Shown: positions 8,993 through 18,082, counted from the first letter of the stretch. The stretch is DNA of 64,000 nt from Candidatus Staskawiczbacteria bacterium (GCA_023245155.1 JAHFKV010000001.1:75034-139033); one strand, 5' to 3'. Program-made: numbers and translations. Notes: generated by a model from the sequence alone, not told the origin.

Positions 8993-10327
8993 CTACTTAT
9001 TCTTTATCATATTTTCAAGCTCTTTTCTTTTCTCTTCCAACAACGTCCGCGTATCCGCTTCAAGCGTTAATTTGATGACGGGTTCGGTGTTAGATGGTCG
9101 CAGATTAAACCACCAGTCTTTATATTCAACGGTTACCCCATCCAAAAAGTCTTGCTTGCCATTGGCGTATGTTTCTTTGACTTTGTTCAAGACAGTCTGC
9201 TGATCTTGAACCTTAAAATTAATATTGTTGGGTGTTTTGTAATATGGAAATAATTCTTTGACTATCACCGAAACCTTTTTATCTTCCAGCGACAATACTT
9301 GTAGTAACGTTAAAAACGCTATCAGACCAGAATCCATGTAAAAATAGTCACGAAAACAATAGTGTCCAGACACTTCGCCTCCCATGACACCGCCACACTG
9401 TATGAGAGCTTCTCTAATATTTACAAACCCTACTTGAGCTTTTGAGGGCACTCCTCCCCATTTTTTGATAAACTCGGGTACCGCTTTTGAGCAGATTAAG
9501 TCATACACAATTGCTGCTCCAGGATTTTTCTGAAGAAAATATTTAGCCAAAAGTAATCGTGCCACATCTGAATCTACTAATGTTCCGTTTTCGTCCACTA
9601 AAAATAACCTATCAGCATCGGCGTCAAACATAAACCCAAAATCGGCTTGATTTTTTACAATTAATTCTTTAATTTGGTCTGCCGAGCCAACTTCTAATGG
9701 ATTGGGACTATGGTTTGGAAAGTTACCATCCGGCTTAAAATTCAATTCAATAATTTCAAAAGGCAGGACGTGTTTCATTTGCGAAATCACACTGCCCATT
9801 ACGCCATTGGAAGTATCCACTACCACTCGCAGCGGCTTCATATCTGTATCCAAAAACTGTTGCATGAAAACCAAATAATCGGGCACAATATCCTTCTCCC
9901 TAATTTCCAATTTTTTTGATGGCCTGTATGCCGCTTCTTCGACTCCACCCAAAAGATCTTTACCGCGCACCCAGATAAGATTTTTACCTTCGCGCCTGAT
10001 CATTTTAAAGCCATTATATTCCTTAGGATTATGGCTGGCAGTAACCATAACCGCCCCGTCAAAATCATACTGCGCTAGGGCAAAATACACGCACTCTGTG
10101 GGTACCTGGTCAATAGTGGTCACTTGTGCACCCCCAGCCAAAACACCCTCTGCCAGAGCTTTAAATAGCTGTGGAGATGATAGGCGGGCATCATAACCAA
10201 TCACCACATTTTTAACGCCCGTAAGCTTTACAAAAGCTCTTCCCGAGGCATACGCGGCGGCTTCATTGAGGTCAGCAGGATAAACCCCCCGTACGTCGTA
10301 AGCCTTAAAAATAGACTTATTAATCAT
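8993..10327 (-). CDS. Phosphomannomutase/phosphoglucomutase
   Basis: Active-site loop TASHNPKEYNGFK, Mg loop FDADADR, 444 aa. Confidence 0.9.
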   Translation of the reverse strand: MINKSIFKAYDVRGVYPADLNEAAAYASGRAFVKLTGVKNVVIGYDARLSSPQLFKALAEGVLAGGAQVTTIDQVPTECVYFALAQYDFDGAVMVTASHNPKEYNGFKMIRREGKNLIWVRGKDLLGGVEEAAYRPSKKLEIREKDIVPDYLVFMQQFLDTDMKPLRVVVDTSNGVMGSVISQMKHVLPFEIIELNFKPDGNFPNHSPNPLEVGSADQIKELIVKNQADFGFMFDADADRLFLVDENGTLVDSDVARLLLAKYFLQKNPGAAIVYDLICSKAVPEFIKKWGGVPSKAQVGFVNIREALIQCGGVMGGEVSGHYCFRDYFYMDSGLIAFLTLLQVLSLEDKKVSVIVKELFPYYKTPNNINFKVQDQQTVLNKVKETYANGKQDFLDGVTVEYKDWWFNLRPSNTEPVIKLTLEADTRTLLEEKRKELENMIKNK

Positions 10328-10350
10328 GATATTATTCTGGCATGGAAGAC

Positions 10351-10379
10351 TTGCATTTTCAAGACTAATCTGCTAATAT
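10351..10379 (+). promoter_or_regulatory. Sigma70-like promoter of rpsF (TTGCAT-17-TAATAT)
   Basis: The -10 hexamer ends 6 nt before the rpsF ATG, which predicts a leaderless or near-leaderless transcript. Confidence 0.4.
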
Positions 10380-10385
10380 TCAGGC

Positions 10386-10820
10386 ATGCAAACGTACGAA
10401 TTAACCTATATTATTCCTTCAAACATGGCTGTTGAGGGGGCTGAAACCGCAAAAAAAGATTTTGAGGCTTTTTTGCAGGGCAAGGGCGGCTTAATCGTAA
10501 AATCAGAAAGAACTGCGCCCCAACCTTTGGCTTACCAAATTAAAAAGCAGAGTTCTGGATTTTTTGTGGTAACCGAATTCCAAATTGAAGAAAGTAAGGT
10601 GAAAGAAGTGAAAGCGGAATTGGAAAAAAATGTTAATGTTCTACGCAGTTTTTTAATCGTTAAAAAGCCGAAAAAAATCATGAAAGAACGCCGGACCCGA
10701 AAACCCTTGATGGCAGTTGCTGCAGACACGGTTAAAGAATCTGTTTTCAAGAAAGCCAAGAAAGAAGAATTGAGCGGCAAAGAGTTGGATAAAAAATTAG
10801 ATGAAATTTTAAGCGAGTAG
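10386..10820 (+). CDS. rpsF: 30S ribosomal protein S6 with a Lys/Glu-rich C-terminal extension
   Basis: MQTYELTYII... S6 core and the rpsF-ssb-rpsR gene order. Confidence 0.9.
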   Translation: MQTYELTYIIPSNMAVEGAETAKKDFEAFLQGKGGLIVKSERTAPQPLAYQIKKQSSGFFVVTEFQIEESKVKEVKAELEKNVNVLRSFLIVKKPKKIMKERRTRKPLMAVAADTVKESVFKKAKKEELSGKELDKKLDEILSE

Positions 10821-10825
10821 CATAA

Positions 10826-10858
10826 AGGTATCCAGCGTCCCGCTAAGCGGGACGAGGT
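10826..10858 (+). promoter_or_regulatory. Intercistronic module AGGTATCCAGC-[GTCCCGC-taa-GCGGGAC]-GAGGT
   Basis: The same flanking motifs as the ssb|rpsR spacer (11411..11477), but with a different hairpin. Confidence 0.6.
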
Positions 10859-10879
10859 TAATAACTTAATTCTAAATTC

Positions 10880-11401
10880 GTGAATTTTAACAAAGCAGTT
10901 ATTTTAGGAAACGTGACACGGGACCCAGAAACCCGGGCCTTACCAAGCGGACAACCAGTGGTTTCCTTTTCTATTGCCACTAACCGCTTTTACACCGACC
11001 AGGCAGGGGCAAAAAAACAGGATACCGAATTTCATAATGTGGTAGCCTTTGGGAAACTGGCTGATATTGCCGGTAGGTACTTAACCCGGGGGGCACTAGT
11101 GATGATAGAAGGCAGGATAAAAACTAGGAATTGGACAAATCAGACAGGCACCAAGCAATACAAAACCGAAATTATTGCCGAAACTATGCAGTTGGGACCT
11201 AGGGCAGCAGGAACATCAATGGCAAGTAAACCCACCACCCCCACTTCCAATCAAGTTTCAACGGGCAGGCCAAACCCAGAACCCAAGATGGAAGAAATCC
11301 CTATTATTGAAGAAAACCAAATGCCCCCAGCCCAATTTGTCAGCGAAGAAGCTCCACAGCCAGAAGACGGAGAAATTGATGTTAAAGATATTCCATTTTA
11401 A
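10880..11401 (+). CDS. ssb: Single-stranded DNA-binding protein
   Basis: OB-fold N-terminus MNFNKAVILGNVTRDPE, Pro/Gln-rich linker and acidic tip ending DIPF. GTG start. Confidence 0.95.
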   Translation: MNFNKAVILGNVTRDPETRALPSGQPVVSFSIATNRFYTDQAGAKKQDTEFHNVVAFGKLADIAGRYLTRGALVMIEGRIKTRNWTNQTGTKQYKTEIIAETMQLGPRAAGTSMASKPTTPTSNQVSTGRPNPEPKMEEIPIIEENQMPPAQFVSEEAPQPEDGEIDVKDIPF

Positions 11402-11410
11402 AAATTAAAA

Positions 11411-11505
11411 AGGTATCCAGCGGAAATCAGGCCGCAAGGAATACTGTATATTAAAAATTAAGCCTGATTTCCGAGGTGAATTTATTCGCTTCGCTACATA
11501 AATTC
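11411..11505 (+). promoter_or_regulatory. Structured leader element upstream of rpsR (two hairpins)
   Basis: AGGTATCCAGC, then an 11-bp stem GGAAATCAGGC/GCCTGATTTCC (29-nt loop), GAGGT, then GAATTTAT-12 nt-ATAAATTC directly abutting the ATG. Homologous to 21680..21770 on the minus strand. Confidence 0.7.
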
Positions 11506-11703
11506 ATGGTTTGTTATTTTTGCCAAAAGAATATTAACGAAGTTGATTACAAAAACACAGAATTGTTGAGCCGTTTTATTTCCGGTTTTTACAAAATAAA
11601 ACCAAGTAAAAAAACTGGTCTGTGTACCCATCACCAACGGGTGGTAGCCACCGCTATCAAACGTGCCCGCCAAATGGGAATGATGCCATATACGCCAAAA
11701 TAG
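11506..11703 (+). CDS. rpsR: 30S ribosomal protein S18
   Basis: MVCYFCQKNINEVDYKNTELLSRFIS...TGLCTHHQRVVATAIKRARQMG. The start is moved to the internal ATG because the track's 10-codon extension is a translated hairpin repeat. Confidence 0.9.
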   Translation: MVCYFCQKNINEVDYKNTELLSRFISGFYKIKPSKKTGLCTHHQRVVATAIKRARQMGMMPYTPK

Positions 11704-11705
11704 GA

Positions 11706-12737
11706 CTAAGACTTAACCGCCGCCAATGCGGCGGTTTTTATTTTCTTGATGGCGTCTGAATGCTCTTTGAGCCACTGCTTGGCCACTTCGGTTCCAACGC
11801 CTATTTTCTCACCCTCAAATGTAAATGTATTACCGGTTTGCTTAATCATGCCACTGGCTAAACCAGCGCGCAGAGCATCCCCGGCTTTGGAAATACCTTC
11901 GTTGTAATAAATATCAAATTCGGCCACTTTAAATGGCGCGGCCACTTTGTTTTTGACCACTTTGGCTTTTACGCGGTTACCAATAATTTCATCGCCGGAT
12001 TTTATCTGCGCGGTTCTGGCTAAGTTTAGCCTGACCGAGGCGTAAAATTTGAGTGCCATTCCCCCGGTAGTTGTTTCCGGATTACCAAACACCATGCCGA
12101 TTTTCATTCTGGTTTGGTTGATGAAAATAATCATCGTGTTGGTTTTGGCAGCAATACTGCCCAATTTCCGGCAAGCTTGCGACATCATACGGGCTTGCAG
12201 ACCCATATGCTGGTCGCCAATTTCGCCTTCAATTTCGCGCTGGGGAGTTAAGGCCGCCACCGAGTCCACTACAATCACATCCACTTTTTCTGATTTTACG
12301 AGCGTTTCTACAATTTGCAGAGCCTGCTCTCCTGAATTTGGCTGAGAAATCAACAACTCATTTACATCCACTCCAAGACGCTTGGCATAATCCGGATCCA
12401 TGGCGTGTTCGGCATCCACAAAAGCACAAATGCCACCCTTTTTCTGGGCCTCGGCAATAATGTGCAAGGTCAACGTAGTTTTTCCGCTAGATTCAGCTCC
12501 ATAAATTTCAATAATCCTACCGCGCGGCATTCCCCCAACTCCCAGCGCCAAATCCATGGCAATTGATCCAGTCGGAATCACATCTACATCTACGGCATTG
12601 CTTTCTGACAATTTCATAATGGAACCCTCTCCAAATTTTTCCCTAATTTCAGTCAACGCATCAGTCAAATTTTTATTGTGTTTTTCAGCTTCCGCTTTTT
12701 TGTCTATTTTCTTTTCTTCCTTTTTGTCTTTTGCCAT
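11706..12737 (-). CDS. recA: Recombinase RecA
   Basis: Walker [11 protein letters not shown] and the core ...[19 protein letters not shown].... 343 aa with a Lys-rich N-terminal extension. Confidence 0.97.
   Translation of the reverse strand: MAKDKKEEKKIDKKAEAEKHNKNLTDALTEIREKFGEGSIMKLSESNAVDVDVIPTGSIAMDLALGVGGMPRGRIIEIYGAESSGKTTLTLHIIAEAQKKGGICAFVDAEHAMDPDYAKRLGVDVNELLISQPNSGEQALQIVETLVKSEKVDVIVVDSVAALTPQREIEGEIGDQHMGLQARMMSQACRKLGSIAAKTNTMIIFINQTRMKIGMVFGNPETTTGGMALKFYASVRLNLARTAQIKSGDEIIGNRVKAKVVKNKVAAPFKVAEFDIYYNEGISKAGDALRAGLASGMIKQTGNTFTFEGEKIGVGTEVAKQWLKEHSDAIKKIKTAALAAVKS
11715..11745 (+). terminator. rpsR terminator embedded in the 3' coding end of the convergent recA
   Basis: AACCGCCGC-caat-GCGGCGGTT followed by TTTTATTTT. 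The same bases encode recA ...[10 protein letters not shown] on the minus strand. Confidence 0.65.
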
Positions 12738-12763
12738 GTTTTTTTAATTAATTATTTTCTAGC

Positions 12764-13561
12764 TTAATTCGCTCCAATATATATATGGTAATTCAAATCT
12801 GTCTGGCCACCCTTCGTAAACTTAAAACCTATTTGACCGTTAAAATCCTTTTGGTTAAAACGAACTCCGCCCAAACACTTCATAGTGATTAACACCCTCT
12901 CTCCTGGCCTCAACATAATATTAAACGGTTCCTCGGACTGGATAACCTTTGGCTCGATCATTTCCATTGTTTTGAATAATTCTATGGAGTTACAGCTGCC
13001 AATAGTATCATAGAGACTAGTTAGAGTTATATCTTCTTGATAGCTATTTATAAGAGTAAAAGAAAGAGTATTATTCTCTCTTGAAAAAGATAAGTTTTCA
13101 CAAACTTTTGGATCACAAGATGGTGGAGTTGTTTGATTTTTTTGGTTTTGGCTCTGAATAGTTTTTTCAGTGAAAGTTTTCAAACCAAACCCCGCGACAA
13201 GCACAACGAAGACTATGCCCACAAAAACCGCACCCGAAAGGATTTTATTGTAATCATTGTATCTGCTTGCCCATTTTTTATTCTGAACCCATCCGACAAT
13301 TAAGAGGAAAGCGCTAAATATGGCTATGTATAAAGCAATCGTACTGCCAATTCTCGGAATAGTGTTGAAGAGAATATTGGTAATACTAGAAAATTGGCTA
13401 AGCCCATCAAATAAAAACCCTAATGTAAAGATGCCTAAAATATTAATCAAAAACGCTGGCGCTAGAGATAAAGCTAGTATTATTAAGGATAGAAGTCCCG
13501 AATAGTATCCGTAGATACCCAGAGATTTTTCCTTCGTTTGTGGTGGTAAATATTCTTCCAT
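12764..13561 (-). CDS. Hypothetical membrane protein (N-terminal TM helices plus a Cys-containing C-terminal domain)
   Basis: The start is trimmed to MEEYLPP (13561) to remove the overlap with the ftsK 3' end. No recognisable family. Confidence 0.5.
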   Translation of the reverse strand: MEEYLPPQTKEKSLGIYGYYSGLLSLIILALSLAPAFLINILGIFTLGFLFDGLSQFSSITNILFNTIPRIGSTIALYIAIFSAFLLIVGWVQNKKWASRYNDYNKILSGAVFVGIVFVVLVAGFGLKTFTEKTIQSQNQKNQTTPPSCDPKVCENLSFSRENNTLSFTLINSYQEDITLTSLYDTIGSCNSIELFKTMEMIEPKVIQSEEPFNIMLRPGERVLITMKCLGGVRFNQKDFNGQIGFKFTKGGQTDLNYHIYIGAN

Positions 13562-13574
13562 GTTTACTATTTTT

Positions 13575-15812
13575 TTACACCTTCTCCCAGTCAGCCCCTT
13601 GCTCCGTCTGCTTGGGGGCTTCTTCTGATTCATCTAATCCACCGCCTTCAATATCTGCCAAAGCAGATTTGGGCTGCTCACCAAATACCTCGCGGGGTTT
13701 GGCACCATCGGCTGCGCCCACAATTCCTTTTTCTTCTAGCATATCAATTAAGCGCGCGGCGCGGGAATAACCAATCCTCAATCTGCGCTGTAAAAATGAC
13801 GCCGAAGCTTTTTGAGTTTCAATCACAATTCTTTTAACATCATCAAACAGCGGGTCATCATCGCCAAAAAATACATCTCCGCCACCTTTTTCAGTTGATT
13901 CTTCTTGCCTATCCAAAGCATCTTTGAGTCCCGCAATTAATTCGGGCTGACCTTCGTCTACTACTTTGGCCTGCTCATCCAACCAATCGGTTACCTTTTT
14001 AACTTCTTTTTCTGAAACATACGGCCCCTGCACGCGAGTAATTTTAGAAGATTTGGAAGACAAAAAGAGCATATCACCCAGGCCCAATAGTTTTTCCGCA
14101 CCAGAAGTATCAATAACCGTGCGTGAATCAATTTGGCTGGCCACCTGAAAACTGATTCGGCTGGAAATGTTGGCCTTAATTAAACCGGTAATAACTTCCA
14201 CTGATGGCCTCTGGGTTGCAAGCACCAAGTGAATTCCAGTTGCCCGCGCCATCTGCGCCAAACGCACAATACCAGCTTCCAATTCTTTGCCCTTGGCGGC
14301 CATTAAGTCTGCCAATTCATCCACAACCAACACAATATAGGGTAAGGCTGCCCCAGTTTCCATCACTGTTTTATTAGTGTTGTAACTTTTGATGTTTCGG
14401 GCATTGACCTCGGCAAATACCTCAAAGCGCCGCTCCATTTCTTTGGCGAGCCATTGCAAAGCATTAATCGTCCGCGTCGCATCGTTAATAACTGGGCAAA
14501 GCAAATGCGGAATATTGTTATAATTTTGGAACTCCACGCGCTTTGGATCAACCATGATTAACCGCAAGCTTTCCGGCGTGCTTTTGTAGAGTAAACTTAA
14601 AATCAGAGAATTTAAAAAAATGGTTTTCCCGGTTCCCGTAGCTCCGGCCACCAGCATATGGGGCTGTTCGGCCAAATCGGTATACATGGGCTGGCCAGAC
14701 ACGTCTTTTCCCAATGCCAACATTAAGTGGTCTGGTGAAGTCTGATATTTTGCGTCAGCCACCAGGTTACGTAGCGTCACCATAGCACGAATTTTATTGG
14801 GCACTTCAATTCCCACTAATGATTTTCCCGGGATAGGCGCTTCAATCCTGATAGGGTGCGCCGCCAGCGCTAACGCCAAATTATTTGACAGAGTTGTAAT
14901 TTTTGACAGTTTCACCCCTTCAGCGGGCTTAAAAGCGTATTGAGTAACTGCCGGACCTACGTTTACTTCAGCCATTTCCACTGGAATGCCAAAATTTTCC
15001 AGAGTTTTTTTGATAATGAGCGAATTTTCTTTAATGTTGCCGGAAGTAGGTGCGGTTTCATTTTTACTCAACAAATCCAGCGGCGGCAGGGCATATTTGC
15101 CTTTTTGAGTGGGCTGGCTGGCGTTTACTATCACCGGCACTGTCTCTTTTTTCTCTTTATCTTCACGCTTGAAAAGAGAAGGTTTCAATTTTAATTCTTC
15201 TTTGGGTTTTTCCGGTTCCACACCGCGAATTTTCAAGTTTGGGGAATCGGTACTTTTAAGGGGAAAAACACCTTTTTCTCCTGCCTGCGCAGACAGGTCT
15301 TCTGGTTTCGGCTGGTCATTCCACAAGAATTGCAGGAAAATGAATAGGCCGATAATAATAACGGCCAAAAAAATAATATTGGAAACTAATAGCCCAAAGC
15401 CTCCCAACAGCAGTTTGGCAACCCAGCCAACACCGCCAATGTATTCGGTGTTCAGATTTTGATTACCTGCCACGCCCGAAATGCCAATAATAGTGAGGAA
15501 AATTGCCAAAACAATAGCCAACACATTCACCCGTTTATGTGATTTTAAAAATACAAATCCGCTACACAAAAGCGCCAGCACTATTGCCGCAATAGTAACC
15601 TTGGCATCGCCAAACAGGACTTTGAGCAAAAGAACAATCCATTTCCCAGCCATCCCCGATTTATCTAAAAATGAAAGGGCTACAATCACCGTAACCAAAA
15701 ACATGATAATGGCCTTGATCCACTTTTTGGTTTTAGTATGCAAAACATGTTCCCTTTTCTTGAGTTTGCCGTTTTTGCCGTTGTCTCTTAGGTTTTTGTC
15801 TGGCTTTGCCAT
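13575..15812 (-). CDS. ftsK: DNA translocase FtsK/SpoIIIE
   Basis: N-terminal TM helices, Walker A GATGTGKT, VVDELADL and a C-terminal gamma-like winged-helix segment (ASASFLQRRLRIGYSRAARLID). Confidence 0.9.
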   Translation of the reverse strand: MAKPDKNLRDNGKNGKLKKREHVLHTKTKKWIKAIIMFLVTVIVALSFLDKSGMAGKWIVLLLKVLFGDAKVTIAAIVLALLCSGFVFLKSHKRVNVLAIVLAIFLTIIGISGVAGNQNLNTEYIGGVGWVAKLLLGGFGLLVSNIIFLAVIIIGLFIFLQFLWNDQPKPEDLSAQAGEKGVFPLKSTDSPNLKIRGVEPEKPKEELKLKPSLFKREDKEKKETVPVIVNASQPTQKGKYALPPLDLLSKNETAPTSGNIKENSLIIKKTLENFGIPVEMAEVNVGPAVTQYAFKPAEGVKLSKITTLSNNLALALAAHPIRIEAPIPGKSLVGIEVPNKIRAMVTLRNLVADAKYQTSPDHLMLALGKDVSGQPMYTDLAEQPHMLVAGATGTGKTIFLNSLILSLLYKSTPESLRLIMVDPKRVEFQNYNNIPHLLCPVINDATRTINALQWLAKEMERRFEVFAEVNARNIKSYNTNKTVMETGAALPYIVLVVDELADLMAAKGKELEAGIVRLAQMARATGIHLVLATQRPSVEVITGLIKANISSRISFQVASQIDSRTVIDTSGAEKLLGLGDMLFLSSKSSKITRVQGPYVSEKEVKKVTDWLDEQAKVVDEGQPELIAGLKDALDRQEESTEKGGGDVFFGDDDPLFDDVKRIVIETQKASASFLQRRLRIGYSRAARLIDMLEEKGIVGAADGAKPREVFGEQPKSALADIEGGGLDESEEAPKQTEQGADWEKV

Positions 15813-15826
15813 GTTAGCTGTAGTTA

Positions 15827-15856
15827 ATTATACCATTCTTACATTTACTCATTCAA
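15827..15856 (-). promoter_or_regulatory. Sigma70-like promoter of ftsK (TTGAAT-18-TGgTATAAT)
   Basis: Read on the minus strand: TTGAATgagtaaatgtaagaaTGgTATAAT, 14 nt before the ATG. Confidence 0.5.
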
Positions 15857-15869
15857 GCGCATTTTTATA

Positions 15870-15901
15870 CACCAAAAAAGCCCCGAAGGGCTTTTTTGGT
15901 G
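15870..15901 (-). terminator. Bidirectional rho-independent terminator after the surface-protein gene
   Basis: CACCAAAAAAGCCC-cgaa-GGGCTTTTTTGGTG. Confidence 0.85.
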
Positions 15902-15916
15902 TAATAGAGATTTTGC

Positions 15917-17971
15917 TTAATTATGAATTGAAATACTGTTGGTTGGAAAGTTATACATCAATGTTCCAGTTCCAGCTGAAGCAGCTCCAGACCCAGCCAC
16001 ATCAGTCCACAAGAATGAACTTGCAGGACCAATGCTTGTTGTTACAGAAGTAGGATTAGCCAAAGCAGACATATTTAATCCAAGAGTAAAAGTTTGGCTG
16101 GTGCCAGCCGGAATAACATATCCACTAGGAAATGTAATATTCATCGTGACTAACGAAGTATCATTGCCGGTGAGATTGCTTTGACCTGCATTAGCGATAT
16201 CAACGCCACTACCATCCTTAACTACTGGTAAAATACCGAGAATTCTTGTACCGCTATTACCAGATATTACAAAGGGAATCTGATTTAATGCAATACCCCC
16301 CTTTGCATTGGCAGTCACAGTAACAGAAGCTAGATAAACCGGCTGCGGTGAAACCATAAGAAAAGAAGATATTGTTGATGAACCAAGCGTAACTGCAGGC
16401 TTTGAACCCACCAAGGTCATGGTAGGAGCTGAAACCATAGGCGTAATAGCTTGAGTCGTTCCACCGGTAGTATATTTCACATAAGAAAGCGCAATGTTTG
16501 ATGTGCTTCCCGAAGGGATACCGGTAGTTCCAACACTTGCGTAAGAAGTATATACGTCCACATTAAAACCCGCACCTCCATTTGGAACAACTAGATTAAG
16601 GCCAGTCAAATACGCAACACCACTGACAGGCACTGCTGTAGCACTTCCAACCCTTACGGCTGAAATAACATTGGTTCCGGTAGTGATGAATTTCAATTCA
16701 GTAATGGTTGAAGTACCACCGGTTGAAGTAAAGTTAAAGGTTGCTTTTGAAGCATCTATCGCACCTCCCGCAGCGGCAATGTATTGGGATGGCGTAGACG
16801 AAGTCATAACAAGCGCTGGAGCGTTCAAGCTGCCCACGCTGGCACTTGCAAACGTGATGGTCTGGCCGGTTACTGCAGAAGTAGTTCCGGAGATATTACT
16901 TGAAAGACCAGTAAATGAAACTGTAAGCGCGGTAATCACTGTTACATTGATCTGGTTGCCAGAGTTAGCAAAAATATCAATGGTCTTAGCTGCGCCCGGA
17001 GCTAATGTAAAATCAACCGCAATATTATTTGAAGCTTGGGGCTGGATTGGCACGGCGCCAGATCCCGAAGTTTCAGATGTTCTTAAAGCTGACAAATTAC
17101 TTATTGACTCCGTACCCGATAAGCCAATATTGAAGTTGGTCACTTTTACCGATTCGGACGTGCTCTGGTTTTGGATTACATAAGAACCAATTTTGACTTC
17201 TACGGAATTAGGGCTTACATTTTTACTTGGATAAGCAGGGTTAATTGAAACTCCCACAACCGGAGCAACTGGTGCTGGCGCCACAATACTAAAATAGTTA
17301 TCGCTTAAGTCTTCCACATAACCGCCGCTGTTAACCTTGGCATCATACACAATCGCCACCTTGAATTTATTTCCCTTTAAATTTGCCGGAACTTGCCAGG
17401 CATAACTATTTTGATTGGAAGAAACTGAGGCAATTTGGGTAACTACCGGCGTTGCCGAAGAATAATCTATAGCAAGCAATTTTTCAGTAATATTTGGTAA
17501 TACATTAGAGGTCCAGGTTATATTATAGGCTTGTCCTTGGGTTAATGCTTCGCCTCCGTTGGGTGCGGTAACAGCAATAGTCGGAGCAACAGCATTTAAA
17601 GCAATATATCCAGCCATCACCATCGGACCATTCGGCACCGTAGAACATTGTACGGCAAAACGAGCCTGTGAACCGCTTGAATCTGCCACCAAAGTAGTAA
17701 GGGTAAACTTTTCAGAACCGCTAGCGCCTCTCCACCTATACGATCCCCAACCATGAGGATATGCAGGAGAAATTCCCGTGTTGCATTCATACACTCCCGA
17801 GGTTGTCCACGATACAATCACCGTACTGCCCACGAGTGCGTATGCTGGGCCTTTTGATCCGTTGATTTTTAATTCTACCGATGCAGCATTTGCAACTGAA
17901 AAACTTGGCATTAGCATAGCGCTAGCCAAGAACAACCCTCCCACCAAGCCCAAAATGTATGATTTATTCAT
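15917..17971 (-). CDS. Large secreted Ser/Thr/Ala/Gly/Val-rich, low-charge protein (putative cell-surface or S-layer-like)
   Basis: Signal-peptide-like N-terminus MNKSYILGLVGGLFLASAMLMPSFSVANA. One module (APNGGEALTQGQAYNITWTS...YAWQVPANL...SDNYFSIV) resembles Ser/Thr-rich surface-protein domains. There are very few K/R/D/E, and the gene has its own consensus promoter and terminator. Confidence 0.7.
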   Translation of the reverse strand: MNKSYILGLVGGLFLASAMLMPSFSVANAASVELKINGSKGPAYALVGSTVIVSWTTSGVYECNTGISPAYPHGWGSYRWRGASGSEKFTLTTLVADSSGSQARFAVQCSTVPNGPMVMAGYIALNAVAPTIAVTAPNGGEALTQGQAYNITWTSNVLPNITEKLLAIDYSSATPVVTQIASVSSNQNSYAWQVPANLKGNKFKVAIVYDAKVNSGGYVEDLSDNYFSIVAPAPVAPVVGVSINPAYPSKNVSPNSVEVKIGSYVIQNQSTSESVKVTNFNIGLSGTESISNLSALRTSETSGSGAVPIQPQASNNIAVDFTLAPGAAKTIDIFANSGNQINVTVITALTVSFTGLSSNISGTTSAVTGQTITFASASVGSLNAPALVMTSSTPSQYIAAAGGAIDASKATFNFTSTGGTSTITELKFITTGTNVISAVRVGSATAVPVSGVAYLTGLNLVVPNGGAGFNVDVYTSYASVGTTGIPSGSTSNIALSYVKYTTGGTTQAITPMVSAPTMTLVGSKPAVTLGSSTISSFLMVSPQPVYLASVTVTANAKGGIALNQIPFVISGNSGTRILGILPVVKDGSGVDIANAGQSNLTGNDTSLVTMNITFPSGYVIPAGTSQTFTLGLNMSALANPTSVTTSIGPASSFLWTDVAGSGAASAGTGTLMYNFPTNSISIHN

Positions 17972-18007
17972 TTTTTGAATATATGATGTTAATTAATGCT
18001 ATCCTTA

Positions 18008-18037
18008 ATTATAGCATATAAGTATACTATCTGTCAA
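18008..18037 (-). promoter_or_regulatory. Consensus sigma70 promoter (TTGACA-18-TATAAT) of the surface-protein gene
   Basis: The minus strand reads TTGACAgatagtatacttatatgcTATAAT, about 36 nt upstream of the ATG. Confidence 0.55.
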
Positions 18038-18040
18038 TAG

Positions 18041-18072
18041 CACCAACCAAAAACCGCCTTTTACAGCGGTTT
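18041..18072 (-). terminator. rpoC terminator
   Basis: Minus strand: AAACCGC-tgtaaaag-GCGGTTT followed by TTGGTTGG. Confidence 0.65.
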
Positions 18073-18082
18073 CGGTAAACAT

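Noticed and set aside
11476-11508. Shared N-terminal peptide MNLFASLHKFM on the track ORFs for S18 and RpoC, which looks like a conserved leader peptide or tag.
   Set aside because: It is the translation of a 33-nt hairpin repeat lying immediately upstream of the canonical ATG starts (MVCYFCQ... and MRVLDIES...). The upstream GTG overlaps the GAGGT motif with no spacing. It is treated as an RNA/DNA element, not as coding sequence.
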